DNA of 64,000 bases from Bdellovibrionota bacterium (GTDB taxonomy: Bacteria; Bdellovibrionota_C; UBA2361; OMII01). The notes beneath the pieces are model-generated. The model saw only the letters and a program-made list of their open reading frames with translations. It searched no databases and was not told where the DNA came from. Positions 49,917-59,940 of the stretch are shown one piece after another; the first letter of the stretch is position 1; each line of letters opens with the position of its first letter. The position numbers and the translations under genes were made by a program. The DNA lies in contig JBIJBE010000001.1 of NCBI GenBank assembly GCA_044345405.1, positions 1 through 64,000 of the forward strand. The letters run 5' to 3'.

Positions 49917-50558
49917 GTGGAAAATTTCACAATCGAAGTATCAGAGCGTCCAAGCATCGGTAAGTCTTCTGCAAACCGTTGCCGCAGAGAGGGATTCATC
50001 CCAGCTGTCGCGTACCACAAGGCTGAGAAGCCTCTCGCTGTTCAAGTTCCTCTTAAGGAGTTCACGGCGCTTGCTTCTAAGGCTCGTCGTTCTCAGGTGT
50101 TCACCTTCAAGAGCTCCGTTCCATCTCTCAATGGGAAGGCCGCTATCGTGAAGGAAGTTCAGCAGGATTACCTCAAGGGTCGTGTTATCCACGTTGATTT
50201 CCAAACCCTCAAGGATGATGAGGAGATCACAGTTGATGTACCAGTGAAGCTCGTTGGCGAGGCTCCTGGCGTTAAGAACCAGGGTGGAGTTCTCGCGGTA
50301 GTTACGCACGAAGTTTCCGTAAGCTGCTTGCCGAAGTATATCCCTTCAGCTGTAATGGTTGATATCTCGGCACTTGGACTTGGCCAGTCGATTCACGCTG
50401 ATCAGCTTCAGCTTGGTGAGGGAGTGACCCTCGCTGACGACGCTTCCGAGACGATCGTGAGCGTTGTAGCTACCCGCGCTGAGGAAGAGGCTAAGCCAGC
50501 TGCTGAGGCTGCTCCAGCCGCTGCTCCAGCTGCTGCCGCTAAAGCTCCAGCTAAGTAA
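49917..50558 (+). CDS. rplY: 50S ribosomal protein L25/Ctc
   Basis: GK....RCRREGFIPAVAY, KEVQQD, HVDF, GVKNQGG, CLPKYIP. Confidence 0.96.
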   Translation: MENFTIEVSERPSIGKSSANRCRREGFIPAVAYHKAEKPLAVQVPLKEFTALASKARRSQVFTFKSSVPSLNGKAAIVKEVQQDYLKGRVIHVDFQTLKDDEEITVDVPVKLVGEAPGVKNQGGVLAVVTHEVSVSCLPKYIPSAVMVDISALGLGQSIHADQLQLGEGVTLADDASETIVSVVATRAEEEAKPAAEAAPAAAPAAAAKAPAK

Positions 50559-50574
50559 TCACTAAGTTCCCATC

Positions 50575-51240
50575 GTGAGCGCCGGATTTCAAACCATCGT
50601 AGGTCTTGGTAATCCCGGCGCTCGTTACGATTCTACCCGACACAATATCGGTTTCGCCGTTGTTGACGCCCTTCGATCGACAACTATCGCCGCTGATGGC
50701 AGTGGTGTTGAGGCTGACTGCCGGGCCAATGCTCGCGCAGGCATATCTGGTAATCTCGCTGGTTCGGGGTGGCTTGAGCGTAACGGATACAGCGAGGGGG
50801 CTCTTCGAGTAGGTGATTGGTCTGGAAGTTTGATTAAGCCTCAGACCTTCATGAACCGGAGTGGTGAGCCCCTCCAGTCCTTCCTTTCATTTAGAAAGAT
50901 TCCTATCGGTGACGTTATCGTTGTTCATGACGAGATCGACCTGCCGTTCGGCGTGGTTCGGGTCAAGTTTGATGGCGGGGAAGGGGGGCATAACGGTCTC
51001 CGGTCGATATCGGAGCGGTGTGGCGGCCGGGGGTACACCCGCGTTCGGGTGGGCGTCGGAAAACCCCCTCCTGGGTCCCCTCTTGCGATGGCTCCGGATG
51101 GTGTGGCTACGTGGGTTTTGGGTCGATTCTCTCAGGAAGAACAGCCTATTGCCGAGGAATTAGTCGGAAAGGCGTGCGGGGCGGTAGTGACGCTGCTGCT
51201 TTCGGGCCTGAAAAAAGCCCAGAATAAATACAACAGTTAG
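50575..51240 (+). CDS. pth: Peptidyl-tRNA hydrolase
   Basis: GLGNPG..Y..TRHNIGF, KPQTFMNRSG, VHDEIDL, GGHNGLRS. Confidence 0.96.
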   Translation: MSAGFQTIVGLGNPGARYDSTRHNIGFAVVDALRSTTIAADGSGVEADCRANARAGISGNLAGSGWLERNGYSEGALRVGDWSGSLIKPQTFMNRSGEPLQSFLSFRKIPIGDVIVVHDEIDLPFGVVRVKFDGGEGGHNGLRSISERCGGRGYTRVRVGVGKPPPGSPLAMAPDGVATWVLGRFSQEEQPIAEELVGKACGAVVTLLLSGLKKAQNKYNS

Positions 51241-51447
51241 TCTTTTAAGGGGGCTCCGTCAGTTGTGTTTTGCCCCCGATCTGATACACTTCGCCGGCTT
51301 TTAGGGTATTGGTCGATCTCGTGTTGCGACTCTCGTCGCGTTTGTCATGGGTCCCAAAACATGGTCGTTCGCGTCTCGAAGACGGGGGCATGGCTAAAAA
51401 GAAAAGCGATATCGAATAAGATTTAGTTAATGAAATAAAGGTGTTCA

Positions 51448-51831
51448 ATGGAAGCACGCCGGTATGAGTCAGTAGTGGTGTTTAACCCTCGTTTGAGTGA
51501 CTCGCAGATCAAGGATGAAGTGAAGAAGGTTGAGGCCTTGCTCGCGGCTCAAAACGCGAAGGTCTCGACCGTTGATACGTGGGGCAAGAAGGAGGCAGCG
51601 TTCTCTTTCGGCAAGCAGAAGTTTGGCTACTACGTGGTATTCAATTACGAGACAGCTAACCACCAAGCCGCTAACGAGCTTCAGGCTGTTCTTCGAATCA
51701 ATGAGTCTGTTCAGAAGTTCCAGACTCATCTGATCGAGTCGAAGACTCGTAAGTTCAAGGGGAATCCTAAGCGTCTCCAGAATCCTCGCTCTGAGGGTGA
51801 TGATGACTTCGGTATGGATTCATACGATTAG
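51448..51831 (+). CDS. rpsF: 30S ribosomal protein S6
   Basis: RRYESVVVFNP, WGKK.....GYY, LRINESV. Confidence 0.93.
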   Translation: MEARRYESVVVFNPRLSDSQIKDEVKKVEALLAAQNAKVSTVDTWGKKEAAFSFGKQKFGYYVVFNYETANHQAANELQAVLRINESVQKFQTHLIESKTRKFKGNPKRLQNPRSEGDDDFGMDSYD

Positions 51832-51896
51832 TCGGAACGATTTGTAGTTTGCTGGAAAATTCATAGGAACCAGCCCATATTCATAGGAGCCAGACC

Positions 51897-52487
51897 ATGG
51901 AAGTAATTTTGCGAGAAGATTTTCTCCCTCTCGGGTACGTAGGTGACACGGTAAAAGTAAAGCGAGGCTTCGCTCGAAATTTCCTCATCCCTCGTGGTGT
52001 TGCTATTGAGTCGTCATCTCAAAACGAGAGAGCTCTCAAGCACAAGCTCAGCGCCATCGTCGCTAAGCGAGTTAAGAAGAAGGCTGAGGCTGAGGCTTTC
52101 GGAAATACCCTTTCCCAGATCATCGTTGAGTTCACTCTCAAGATGGGAGCTGGTGGAAAGAGCTTTGGAGCTATTACAGCTCGAGACGTTGAGGGTGCTC
52201 TTAAGAATCTTGGGTACGGTGTTGATCGTCGCCAGATCCGCCTCCTTGAGGTAATCAAGACCCCAGGTCAGCACAAGGCTGAGGTTAAGCTTCACTCTGA
52301 GGTTACCGTTCCTCTCCAGATCAAGGTAATCGCAGCTCAGATCGTTGCGCCTCCTGCTGAGGGTGCCGCAAAGGGTAAGGGTAAGAAGGGCGCTAAGAAG
52401 AGATCTGAAGAGGGCGAGGAGGGTGTTGAGGCCGCTTCTGAGTCTGCTACTGATTCTTCGGTGGAGACAACTGAGACCGCTGAGTAG
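51897..52487 (+). CDS. rplI: 50S ribosomal protein L9
   Basis: MEVIL...LG..GD.VKVKRGFARNFLIP, FGAIT, KLHSEV. Confidence 0.96.
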   Translation: MEVILREDFLPLGYVGDTVKVKRGFARNFLIPRGVAIESSSQNERALKHKLSAIVAKRVKKKAEAEAFGNTLSQIIVEFTLKMGAGGKSFGAITARDVEGALKNLGYGVDRRQIRLLEVIKTPGQHKAEVKLHSEVTVPLQIKVIAAQIVAPPAEGAAKGKGKKGAKKRSEEGEEGVEAASESATDSSVETTETAE

Positions 52488-52508
52488 TCGAGTTTCGGTG
52501 TAGCCGCT

Positions 52509-52547
52509 CAAAGCGCCGCTCTTCTGAAGAAGGAGAGCGGCGCTTTG
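52509..52547 (+). terminator. Terminator after rplI
   Basis: CAAAGCGCCGCTCT...AGAGCGGCGCTTTG hairpin. Confidence 0.75.
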
Positions 52548-52660
52548 TGTTTGGAAGGAACTATCTTGTTCTGCCGAGGCTAGCCGTAGGAAAATCGGGG
52601 GGATGGTCTCCTCGGTTCTGCCGCCGTAGGGAGATGTTTTTGGTATCAACTGAACCCGCA

Positions 52661-53494
52661 ATGAATGACTCAACGCGAACCCGACCGATCTATCTCGTCG
52701 GCGCTTTCTTCGCCGCTTTCGCGGTGTCGTGGTTGGCGGTTGTCGCTGTGTTCTTCTCCTTCAAGTCCGCTCAAGTCCCGTCGTCGCCTACATCGTCTAC
52801 CACCGATAGCGCGTTCGCTGACGCTGTAGCGATTTCGCGAAGTGGAATGGTGCTTACCGTCGCTCACCATCCACTGCTCAATCCAACTGAATCGGATTTT
52901 ATGCTGTTCGTGTGGTTCAAGTTGAAGTCATCCCTCGATCTCAAAGAGCGGTCCTCCTTTCTTGGAAAGTTTGACACTCGTGAGGCGAATCCAGAGGGGT
53001 ATTCATTAGCGCTTGTTGGCGGGGCTGACGGAGTGCGACCACACATCTATTGGCAAAATAAAGCTGGAAATGGGCGCTGGTTCGCCTTCGCCTCGACCAC
53101 TATCGAGCCTGGCAAATGGTACGTTATGGGAGTGACGTTCAGGGCGCAGCGGTATTTGGGGGTTCATATAGCCCCATACGGGCCAGAGGCTAATCCTGAG
53201 GTTCTTGGCGGTTACGATCTTGATGGAGCGATTATCCCCGCGAGCGCCGCTAACCTCTCAGTCGGCCAGTTTAAGAAGAGTAAGTTCAAGGGGCATGTTG
53301 GTCCGTTTGGCGTCTTCCGAGATATCGATATCTCCAAGGACGCGACCCGCATCCTCAAGAGGATCGCGCGCAATCCCTCGTTCGATGCCGAGCCTGTGGA
53401 GGAATCACAGATTGCGCTCTGGGCCGACCCGACGGTCGATCGAGGACCGCTACACCTTCCTATTACAGAAGATGGTGATGGAGAACAGCCGTAG
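52661..53494 (+). CDS. Membrane-anchored LamG/concanavalin A-like domain protein
   Basis: TM helix followed by DFMLFVWFK, GYSL, PGKWYVMGVTF, LSVG and FKG, a LamG-like jellyroll pattern. Confidence 0.65.
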   Translation: MNDSTRTRPIYLVGAFFAAFAVSWLAVVAVFFSFKSAQVPSSPTSSTTDSAFADAVAISRSGMVLTVAHHPLLNPTESDFMLFVWFKLKSSLDLKERSSFLGKFDTREANPEGYSLALVGGADGVRPHIYWQNKAGNGRWFAFASTTIEPGKWYVMGVTFRAQRYLGVHIAPYGPEANPEVLGGYDLDGAIIPASAANLSVGQFKKSKFKGHVGPFGVFRDIDISKDATRILKRIARNPSFDAEPVEESQIALWADPTVDRGPLHLPITEDGDGEQP

Positions 53495-53661
53495 TCGTTG
53501 CTGATGGCGAGAATTTTCGTCTTCCCTTGGATACCTAATTTCACAAAGAAGACACCGCGGGCGGCAATTCCTTTCCTCCTCTCACCGTTCTCTATGTGAA
53601 GATTTACGTATTCGTTATTGGAACACTCGAGGGCGTCACATTATCAATACGCTCCTAGAGA

Positions 53662-54546
53662 CTAGGGATTGAGCGCGGCAGACGCGGCTATTTCTCGCAC
53701 ATCTCGGTAGATCTTCTCCGCCAGTTCATCCGTCGGAAGGTCGTTCGCTTCCGTTCCAAAGGGCTCCTCGACCTCCTCGGATACGATCTCAAGTGAGGCG
53801 AAGGTATAGAAGATCACCATCACCGCGAGTACCGCCCAGTAGCCGAATTCCGCCGCGAATGGCACCGGCATCGTTACGATGTACACAAAGAGACTCTTTT
53901 TGAGGAAGAGGCTGTATGAAAAAGGAATCGGGGAGTTCTTAATCCGTTCACACGCCCCGGTTATATCGATAAGGGAGTAGAGCTCGGAGTTGATGAAGAG
54001 CATCTGTTCGTGAGTGAGGATCTTCTCATCGCGAAGTCTCTCGACGTTTCTCATGATAGAAGTGAAGGTGTAGAGCGGCTTGTGGCGGGCGTGAAGGTAC
54101 TCTCCATTATTCTTGTAGAATGGTTCTGTCGGTGGAATCGGATAGACCTCACCTCGGAGGTAGTCTCGAAGAATTGCCGGAAAGAGGGCGATGGCGGAGA
54201 GGAGTTCCTCCAGTTCTTGGGGGGCGCGAGCAGCGAGAGACGCCTGTAATTTGGTGGCGAGGCTCCTGCTGTTGTTGACAAGAGACCCCCATAATTTCCG
54301 ACCCTCCCACCACCTGTCATAGGCGGTGTTAATCCGAAACACGAGGAGCATGGAGAGGGCGAAGCCGAGTATCTGGTGAAAAACGGTTGACGACTTCACC
54401 TGCATCACTTGTTGGATCTGAAGATAGGCGAGTCCCGCCGTACAGATTCCAAGGAGGGTCATGGTTGGAAGGAGGATACGAAAGGTGTCGCTCCGGTGGA
54501 ATTGGAAGATGAGTCGAAACCAATCTTTGGGATTGTAGGTGATCAT
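53662..54546 (-). CDS. Bestrophin family (YneE) ion channel
   Basis: MITYNPKDWF, LLVFRINTAYDRWWEGRKLWG, GACERIKNSPIP, EEPFG..ANDLP. Confidence 0.93.
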   Translation of the reverse strand: MITYNPKDWFRLIFQFHRSDTFRILLPTMTLLGICTAGLAYLQIQQVMQVKSSTVFHQILGFALSMLLVFRINTAYDRWWEGRKLWGSLVNNSRSLATKLQASLAARAPQELEELLSAIALFPAILRDYLRGEVYPIPPTEPFYKNNGEYLHARHKPLYTFTSIMRNVERLRDEKILTHEQMLFINSELYSLIDITGACERIKNSPIPFSYSLFLKKSLFVYIVTMPVPFAAEFGYWAVLAVMVIFYTFASLEIVSEEVEEPFGTEANDLPTDELAEKIYRDVREIAASAALNP

Positions 54547-54696
54547 AGAGCCGCCAGTATCGGACGAGGCGCATCGGCGGGCAATTGGAGAGTTGAGGGA
54601 AGCGCGTCGGAACGCGCGGAGGGGGCTGTCGCAAGTAATGTAAGATATTGGATTGGTGCGTGTTTTTCTGTTTTTTCCCCCTTCGTAAAGGCCGCT

Positions 54697-54723
54697 TAAG
54701 ATTCGCAACGGAAGTGCCGATTC
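54697..54723 (+). promoter_or_regulatory. Sigma-28-like promoter
   Basis: TAAG-N15-GCCGATTC directly upstream of the 814-aa secreted protein. Confidence 0.55.
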
Positions 54724-54733
54724 CCCATTTCGT

Positions 54734-57178
54734 ATGACAACGTGTCAGGAGCTTGGTATGTGGGTCTCTCTCTTCAAGCGGCGGTACATCGTACCGGTGT
54801 GTGGTCTGATCGCGGTAGCGACGAGCGTGACGGCGGTGGCCGATCCATTTTCCGCGGCCTTTACGAGTCGAGAGAGCAAGCGCATCTCGAGTATCTTGTC
54901 GGTCGCTCCATTCACCCGTACCTATCAGGCTTTGACCGACGATAGTAAGGATCTTACCTTTCAGGAGGCGACTAATGGTCGCACCGTAGTCGTGTATGCA
55001 TCAAAGGATGAGGCGCTCGACAACGCGGGCGCGGACAAGTGTAGGGGATCCGGGACCTATTCCATTTTTTGGGCGGATAGATATCAAAACCTGCCGGCGG
55101 AGTGCTTGAGCTTTTCAGATTCCACGGGCGATACCGCGAATGCCCATTCAGAGAGGCCTGTTATCGGTGGAACTGGTAGAGACTTCGGCCGATATGTGGC
55201 CTACGAAACTGACGCGAGCGATATTGCCACCTTCGCGGGGACCGCTGATCCGCACCAAGTGATACTTCACGATCGAAAGTGGACGAAGAATTTTCCATCA
55301 TCTTCAAAGTGTGACGTTACGGGGTTTGCCGTTAAGGGTGCCAATGCTCCCCTCCACGTGTGGCAATTGAGCGATGATGGCAAGAACATGCTCATGACCA
55401 CGGCGGCTACTAACATGCGTGACAATCTACTTCCGACCTGTGAGGACGAGTATTCGTATTCTGACCTGTTCATTAGAGATGGTTCGGACTGTAATGCGAG
55501 CATGCGAGGCGCGTGCAAAACATCCATTTTATATGACCGGTATGGCTACCACGCGGATCCGAATCTGAAGGAAACGCTAAACGCCGACTCACAGAACGCG
55601 CGAATGACGCCCGACCAGGCGGTGGTGGTATTCGATACCGCCGCGACCAATCCTTTGTACTTCAGCGCCGATATTAAGGGTTTTAGGGATGTCTATTATC
55701 ACATCAATAATACATTCACTCGGATTACAGAGGCGGTGATTCCGTTCTGTGATGTGTTGGGCAATGTACGTTCACTTACGAACGAGTACGGTCCAGCCAA
55801 CAATCACAGCGAAAATCCTGATGTGGACCAAACGGGCCGGTATGTTGTGTTCGAGTCATTAGCGACAGACCTCGTTGTTTGGGAGGGGAATCCAGCGATG
55901 AGGTGCGTGACGCCAGGCGCTCCGCATCCCGCGGATATTCAGTATCTTCAGACAAACGGGCTTAGGCAGATTTACCTCTATGACCACCTCACGAAACGAA
56001 TTGAGCTGATCTCCAAAAAATATCGGAGTAGTTCGGCCACGCGCGCGCAAGGAGGCAACGGCAACAGCTTTAATCCGCGAATAAGTAGGGACGGGCGATT
56101 TATTATTTTTGAGTCATTTTCTACCGACTTTTTGCAGGCACCCACCACAAGTGTGAAAAACATCTTCATGTATGATCGGTATTTAGACAGCGCATTCCTG
56201 GTTACTCCGGGAGTGGCGGGAACCGGGCTCGACAAGAACGCCACGTTGACTGATATCAGTCCGGCTGGATTGACCGTCGCGTTTGAGACGAAGGCGAAAA
56301 ATGTTCTCGTCGAGGGGCCTGAGGAAGGAACTACCGCTGGTGGTACGCTCGCGAACTGCGGCGCTACGGCAGAAGCGTGTAATCATGTGTATCTCGCGCG
56401 TAACAGCTGTCCACTTGATACCGATGGAGATCTGGTAGCGGATTGTCTTGATGCGTGTTCGAATGATCGAGGAAAGACCCAGCCGGGGCTCTGTGGATGC
56501 GGTGTTGCCGAAACCGATACGGATAGAGATTTCACCCCTGATTGTATCGACGGCTGCGATTCAGATGCGAATAAGGTGGTGGCCGGGGTGTGTGGATGTG
56601 GAGTCGCCGATACAGATGCTGATGGTGATGGGACGCCGAACTGCGTTGATACCTGCCCGACAGATAATCAGAAGACAAGGCCTGGTATTTGCGGATGTGG
56701 GGTAGCCGATGCCGATAGCGATGGTGATGGGTCTTTTAACTGTAATGATAGTTGCCCGACCGATCCGAACAAGAAGGGAACCGATGGATGCGCCTGCGGC
56801 ACGTTGAAGGATACGCCTGGCGTGTGCGGTTGTAACGTTCTTGACACTGACGCAAATGGTAACGGTCAAGCGGATTGTCTTGACCCGGGTGCTGCCACTG
56901 CGCCGGCGATACCGAGCTATGATGTCTCGAGGCTGGGTATCGGTCGAAGTACCCTCACCATCCTCCGGATAAAGATGCAGGGCTTTGGTGGAAAGGTCAC
57001 CTACTCGTACTCTTTGACGAGAAACGGATACAAACTCCAAAAGACGAGTAAGACGAACACCGTCGTTGTTCGTGGCTTGCGGCCAGGAACGTATTCCTTT
57101 AGCTACTCCGTCACAGTTGGTTCGGGAGCCACGAAGGCAACGACAAAGGTCACCAACTCATCTATTCAGGTGAAATAA
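54734..57178 (+). CDS. Secreted TolB/PD40-like beta-propeller protein with thrombospondin type 3-like Ca-binding repeats
   Basis: Signal-like N-terminus, repeated S..P.I...GRYVVFES.ATDL blades, then DTDGD...DC.D.C...K..PG.CGCG repeats and a C-terminal beta-sandwich. Confidence 0.85.
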   Translation: MTTCQELGMWVSLFKRRYIVPVCGLIAVATSVTAVADPFSAAFTSRESKRISSILSVAPFTRTYQALTDDSKDLTFQEATNGRTVVVYASKDEALDNAGADKCRGSGTYSIFWADRYQNLPAECLSFSDSTGDTANAHSERPVIGGTGRDFGRYVAYETDASDIATFAGTADPHQVILHDRKWTKNFPSSSKCDVTGFAVKGANAPLHVWQLSDDGKNMLMTTAATNMRDNLLPTCEDEYSYSDLFIRDGSDCNASMRGACKTSILYDRYGYHADPNLKETLNADSQNARMTPDQAVVVFDTAATNPLYFSADIKGFRDVYYHINNTFTRITEAVIPFCDVLGNVRSLTNEYGPANNHSENPDVDQTGRYVVFESLATDLVVWEGNPAMRCVTPGAPHPADIQYLQTNGLRQIYLYDHLTKRIELISKKYRSSSATRAQGGNGNSFNPRISRDGRFIIFESFSTDFLQAPTTSVKNIFMYDRYLDSAFLVTPGVAGTGLDKNATLTDISPAGLTVAFETKAKNVLVEGPEEGTTAGGTLANCGATAEACNHVYLARNSCPLDTDGDLVADCLDACSNDRGKTQPGLCGCGVAETDTDRDFTPDCIDGCDSDANKVVAGVCGCGVADTDADGDGTPNCVDTCPTDNQKTRPGICGCGVADADSDGDGSFNCNDSCPTDPNKKGTDGCACGTLKDTPGVCGCNVLDTDANGNGQADCLDPGAATAPAIPSYDVSRLGIGRSTLTILRIKMQGFGGKVTYSYSLTRNGYKLQKTSKTNTVVVRGLRPGTYSFSYSVTVGSGATKATTKVTNSSIQVK

Positions 57179-57313
57179 AGCGGTCTGGTGGGATGAAGCC
57201 CTGTCTCTGTTCCTAACAAGCAACTCCGACCTGTAATCGTCGATACGGGGATCCTACTAATCGTATCGTGCTTCCTCGCGTTTTTGTGAGAGGGGCGCAA
57301 TCTTCTCGAGGGC

Positions 57314-58876
57314 ATGGTTTTGCGAGCCTCACTGCGCCGACGTCTGGTGTGCTTGCGGAGTTACGTACCGGGCCTCGGGGTGACGGTTGCCGTATGTGGG
57401 GGGCAGGTCGCCGCGTGGTTTATGCCCCCGCTCTTGCTTGCCATACTCGTGTGCGCCCTGGGGGTGTCATGGGCTATCGGATTCCCTGGTCGACGTGGCC
57501 CGGTCGTAGGATTTATCGTGGGCCTCGTGTTAGGCGGATGGGAGGTCGTGACTCATCCCTCTCAGGTTGGTGGAACCGATGTCGCCATGCTCGTCCAGGT
57601 TGAGGAGATCCCTCGTCGGCGACTCCCTGGAGAGATCGTTTTTATTGGGCGAGAGGTGCTGGCGTCACAGGGACGACTGATTCGGTGTAGAGGTGTCGAT
57701 CTACCTTGGCGGAACCTCTCTGCACTTGAAGTTGGGGATATCGTTTGGATTAGAGGGCGATTGCTCCCGATATCTCGACCGCTGAACCCATTTTCTTGGG
57801 GCGCATGGATGTGGAGAAGGGGGGTATCTGGCGAGATGAGGGTTCTTTTCGGATCTCTACCAGTTGCGCGCAGGTCATCGCACCTCCAACGCGCTCGCGC
57901 GAGGATCGTCGAGGAGGTATCTCGAGTAACCGATGAGGGGCGTGGAGGAGCTCTCTTTCTCTCGATGGCGTTTGGAGTGAGAGATGTGTTGAGCCCACCA
58001 GTTGAGTCGCTTTTTAATGATTTGGGGCTCTCTCACCTTCTTGTGGTGTCAGGGTATCAGGTCAGTCTCGTGTTCGGGTTGACACTGACGGTGTTGTTGG
58101 GAGTAGGGCGTTCGTTGCGCTCCTCACTTGGGACGCGCAGATTGGCGGTTGGGTTGTCATTCGGGTGCGCGACGGTGTACGTCCTCGCGATTGGAACAGA
58201 GATGTCATCTGTTCGCGCGCTTCTCGCCGCGCTCTGTCTCTGCCTCTCTCTTCTGGCGCAGCGGCGACATCACTTTGTTCAAAGGCTCGTTACGACCTTT
58301 CTGTGTATGCATCTTCTGTGGCCCTGGGCGATGTTTGAGGTCGGAGTGGTGCTGACTTTCGCCGCCCTCGCGGGGATCGGTATTGGATCTCGTCTAGGTG
58401 GGGAGAGCCGTTGGAGATCCATAGCATGGGTGACCGTTTCGGTGTGGGCGCTGACATCGCTTGTCACCGTGGTGTGGAACGGAACCTTGTCGGTTAGCGG
58501 GTTGTTGCTGAACCTGGTAATGGCAGGGCCGTGGTCGGTTCTAAACTGCACGGCTGGGGTGGGAGGTCTCGCGTTCGTGTTCACCGGGCTCCCCGGCGCT
58601 GAGATGCTCTTGAGGTCGGTGGGGTATACTAACGAGGTGATAGTGTCGGGACTATTTTGGATCCAGGGGGTCATTGGGGCAGCGCCGGAGTTGTCCCCGC
58701 TTCAGAGGGGGCTGACGGGGATGGTGTTGTTACTCGCGATCGGAGCGCTTGCTCAAGGGGCATCTCGGCGCAACCGAGCGCTATCGCTTCGGGGCATGGT
58801 TCAAGGCGTTGTGAGACAGGTCCGAGAGGAGTCCACAAGGCTCTCGTCCCCGACGCTGGGTAGTGAGTATCGTTAG
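57314..58876 (+). CDS. comEC: ComEC/Rec2 competence membrane protein
   Basis: OB-like region with NPFS, GLSHLLVVSGYQV, SSVRA and many TM helices. Confidence 0.85.
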   Translation: MVLRASLRRRLVCLRSYVPGLGVTVAVCGGQVAAWFMPPLLLAILVCALGVSWAIGFPGRRGPVVGFIVGLVLGGWEVVTHPSQVGGTDVAMLVQVEEIPRRRLPGEIVFIGREVLASQGRLIRCRGVDLPWRNLSALEVGDIVWIRGRLLPISRPLNPFSWGAWMWRRGVSGEMRVLFGSLPVARRSSHLQRARARIVEEVSRVTDEGRGGALFLSMAFGVRDVLSPPVESLFNDLGLSHLLVVSGYQVSLVFGLTLTVLLGVGRSLRSSLGTRRLAVGLSFGCATVYVLAIGTEMSSVRALLAALCLCLSLLAQRRHHFVQRLVTTFLCMHLLWPWAMFEVGVVLTFAALAGIGIGSRLGGESRWRSIAWVTVSVWALTSLVTVVWNGTLSVSGLLLNLVMAGPWSVLNCTAGVGGLAFVFTGLPGAEMLLRSVGYTNEVIVSGLFWIQGVIGAAPELSPLQRGLTGMVLLLAIGALAQGASRRNRALSLRGMVQGVVRQVREESTRLSSPTLGSEYR

Positions 58877-59940
58877 GCCGCGATGCACACGTTCTTGAGT
58901 GTATCGAGATTCTCGATGACCCGCCCAACTCCACGAACAACACAGGTGAGGGGATCGGAGTCGCAGATAAATCGAATTCCGGTCTTCTCGGTAAGCTTCT
59001 CCGCGAGCCCACGAATGAGCGCTCCACCTCCGGCGAGGTGTACGCCGTTGGCGAGGATATCTTGGGCGACCTCTGGGCTGATGTTCTCAAGCGCTGTGTA
59101 AATAGCGCCTACGATAGCGCAGAGTGGTTCCTGAAACGCTGCCCGAATTATCTCGTTGTTGAGCTCCATCGATCGGGGCATGCCGGTGCTAACATCACGT
59201 CCGAAGGTCTTCATGGTGAGGGGGGGCGAGTGGTGCAGCAGCGAACCAATCGTTATCTTGATACGCTCCGCCTCGAAGATGCTGATCTCAAGACCGCACC
59301 GTTGCTTAACGTAGCGCTGAATGGCCTCATCCATCTCATCGCCAGCGACGCGGATTGCGTGCGTGTACATCGTACCGCCAAGGCTCAAGATAGCGATCTC
59401 GGTGGTTCCTCCACCGATGTCCACAACCATGCTTCCGATCGGCTGCTCGATTGGAAGACCACTACCAACCGCGGCGGCCATTGACTCCTCAACGAGATAC
59501 ACCTGTCGCACTCCCGATGAGATCGCCGCGTCGAGTACGGCGCGCTTCTCAACTTGGGTGATATCCGATGGGACCCCGATGACAGCCCGTGGTCGCACGA
59601 GGGACCATCGATTGCGAACGACTCGAAGCATGTGACGAATCATCGCGGTCGTGACTCCGAAATCGGCGATAACGCCGTCTTTGATCGGACGTACGCATCG
59701 AATGGCGCGAGAGGTTTTGCCGTACATCTGCTTCGCCGCGAGGCCTACGGCGAGGAGCTCTCCTGTTTCAGCGTCGAGTGCTACGACCGATGGCTCGTTT
59801 AACACGACACCTTCACCTTTCACGTACACGAGAGTGTTCGCCGTCCCTAGGTCCATGGCGATATCAGCGCTCATGAACGCGGACATCTTCTTCCATAGTT
59901 GCGTACTGATGGGCGAGTTCTTCTCTGGTAGTTTAAGCAC
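58873..59940 (-). CDS. mreB: MreB-like actin homolog
   Basis: DLGTANT, EPSVVA, RPIKDGVIADF, DIGGGTTE, GGGAL. Probable GTG start at 59940 with GGAGG RBS. Confidence 0.95.
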   Translation of the reverse strand: MLKLPEKNSPISTQLWKKMSAFMSADIAMDLGTANTLVYVKGEGVVLNEPSVVALDAETGELLAVGLAAKQMYGKTSRAIRCVRPIKDGVIADFGVTTAMIRHMLRVVRNRWSLVRPRAVIGVPSDITQVEKRAVLDAAISSGVRQVYLVEESMAAAVGSGLPIEQPIGSMVVDIGGGTTEIAILSLGGTMYTHAIRVAGDEMDEAIQRYVKQRCGLEISIFEAERIKITIGSLLHHSPPLTMKTFGRDVSTGMPRSMELNNEIIRAAFQEPLCAIVGAIYTALENISPEVAQDILANGVHLAGGGALIRGLAEKLTEKTGIRFICDSDPLTCVVRGVGRVIENLDTLKNVCIAA

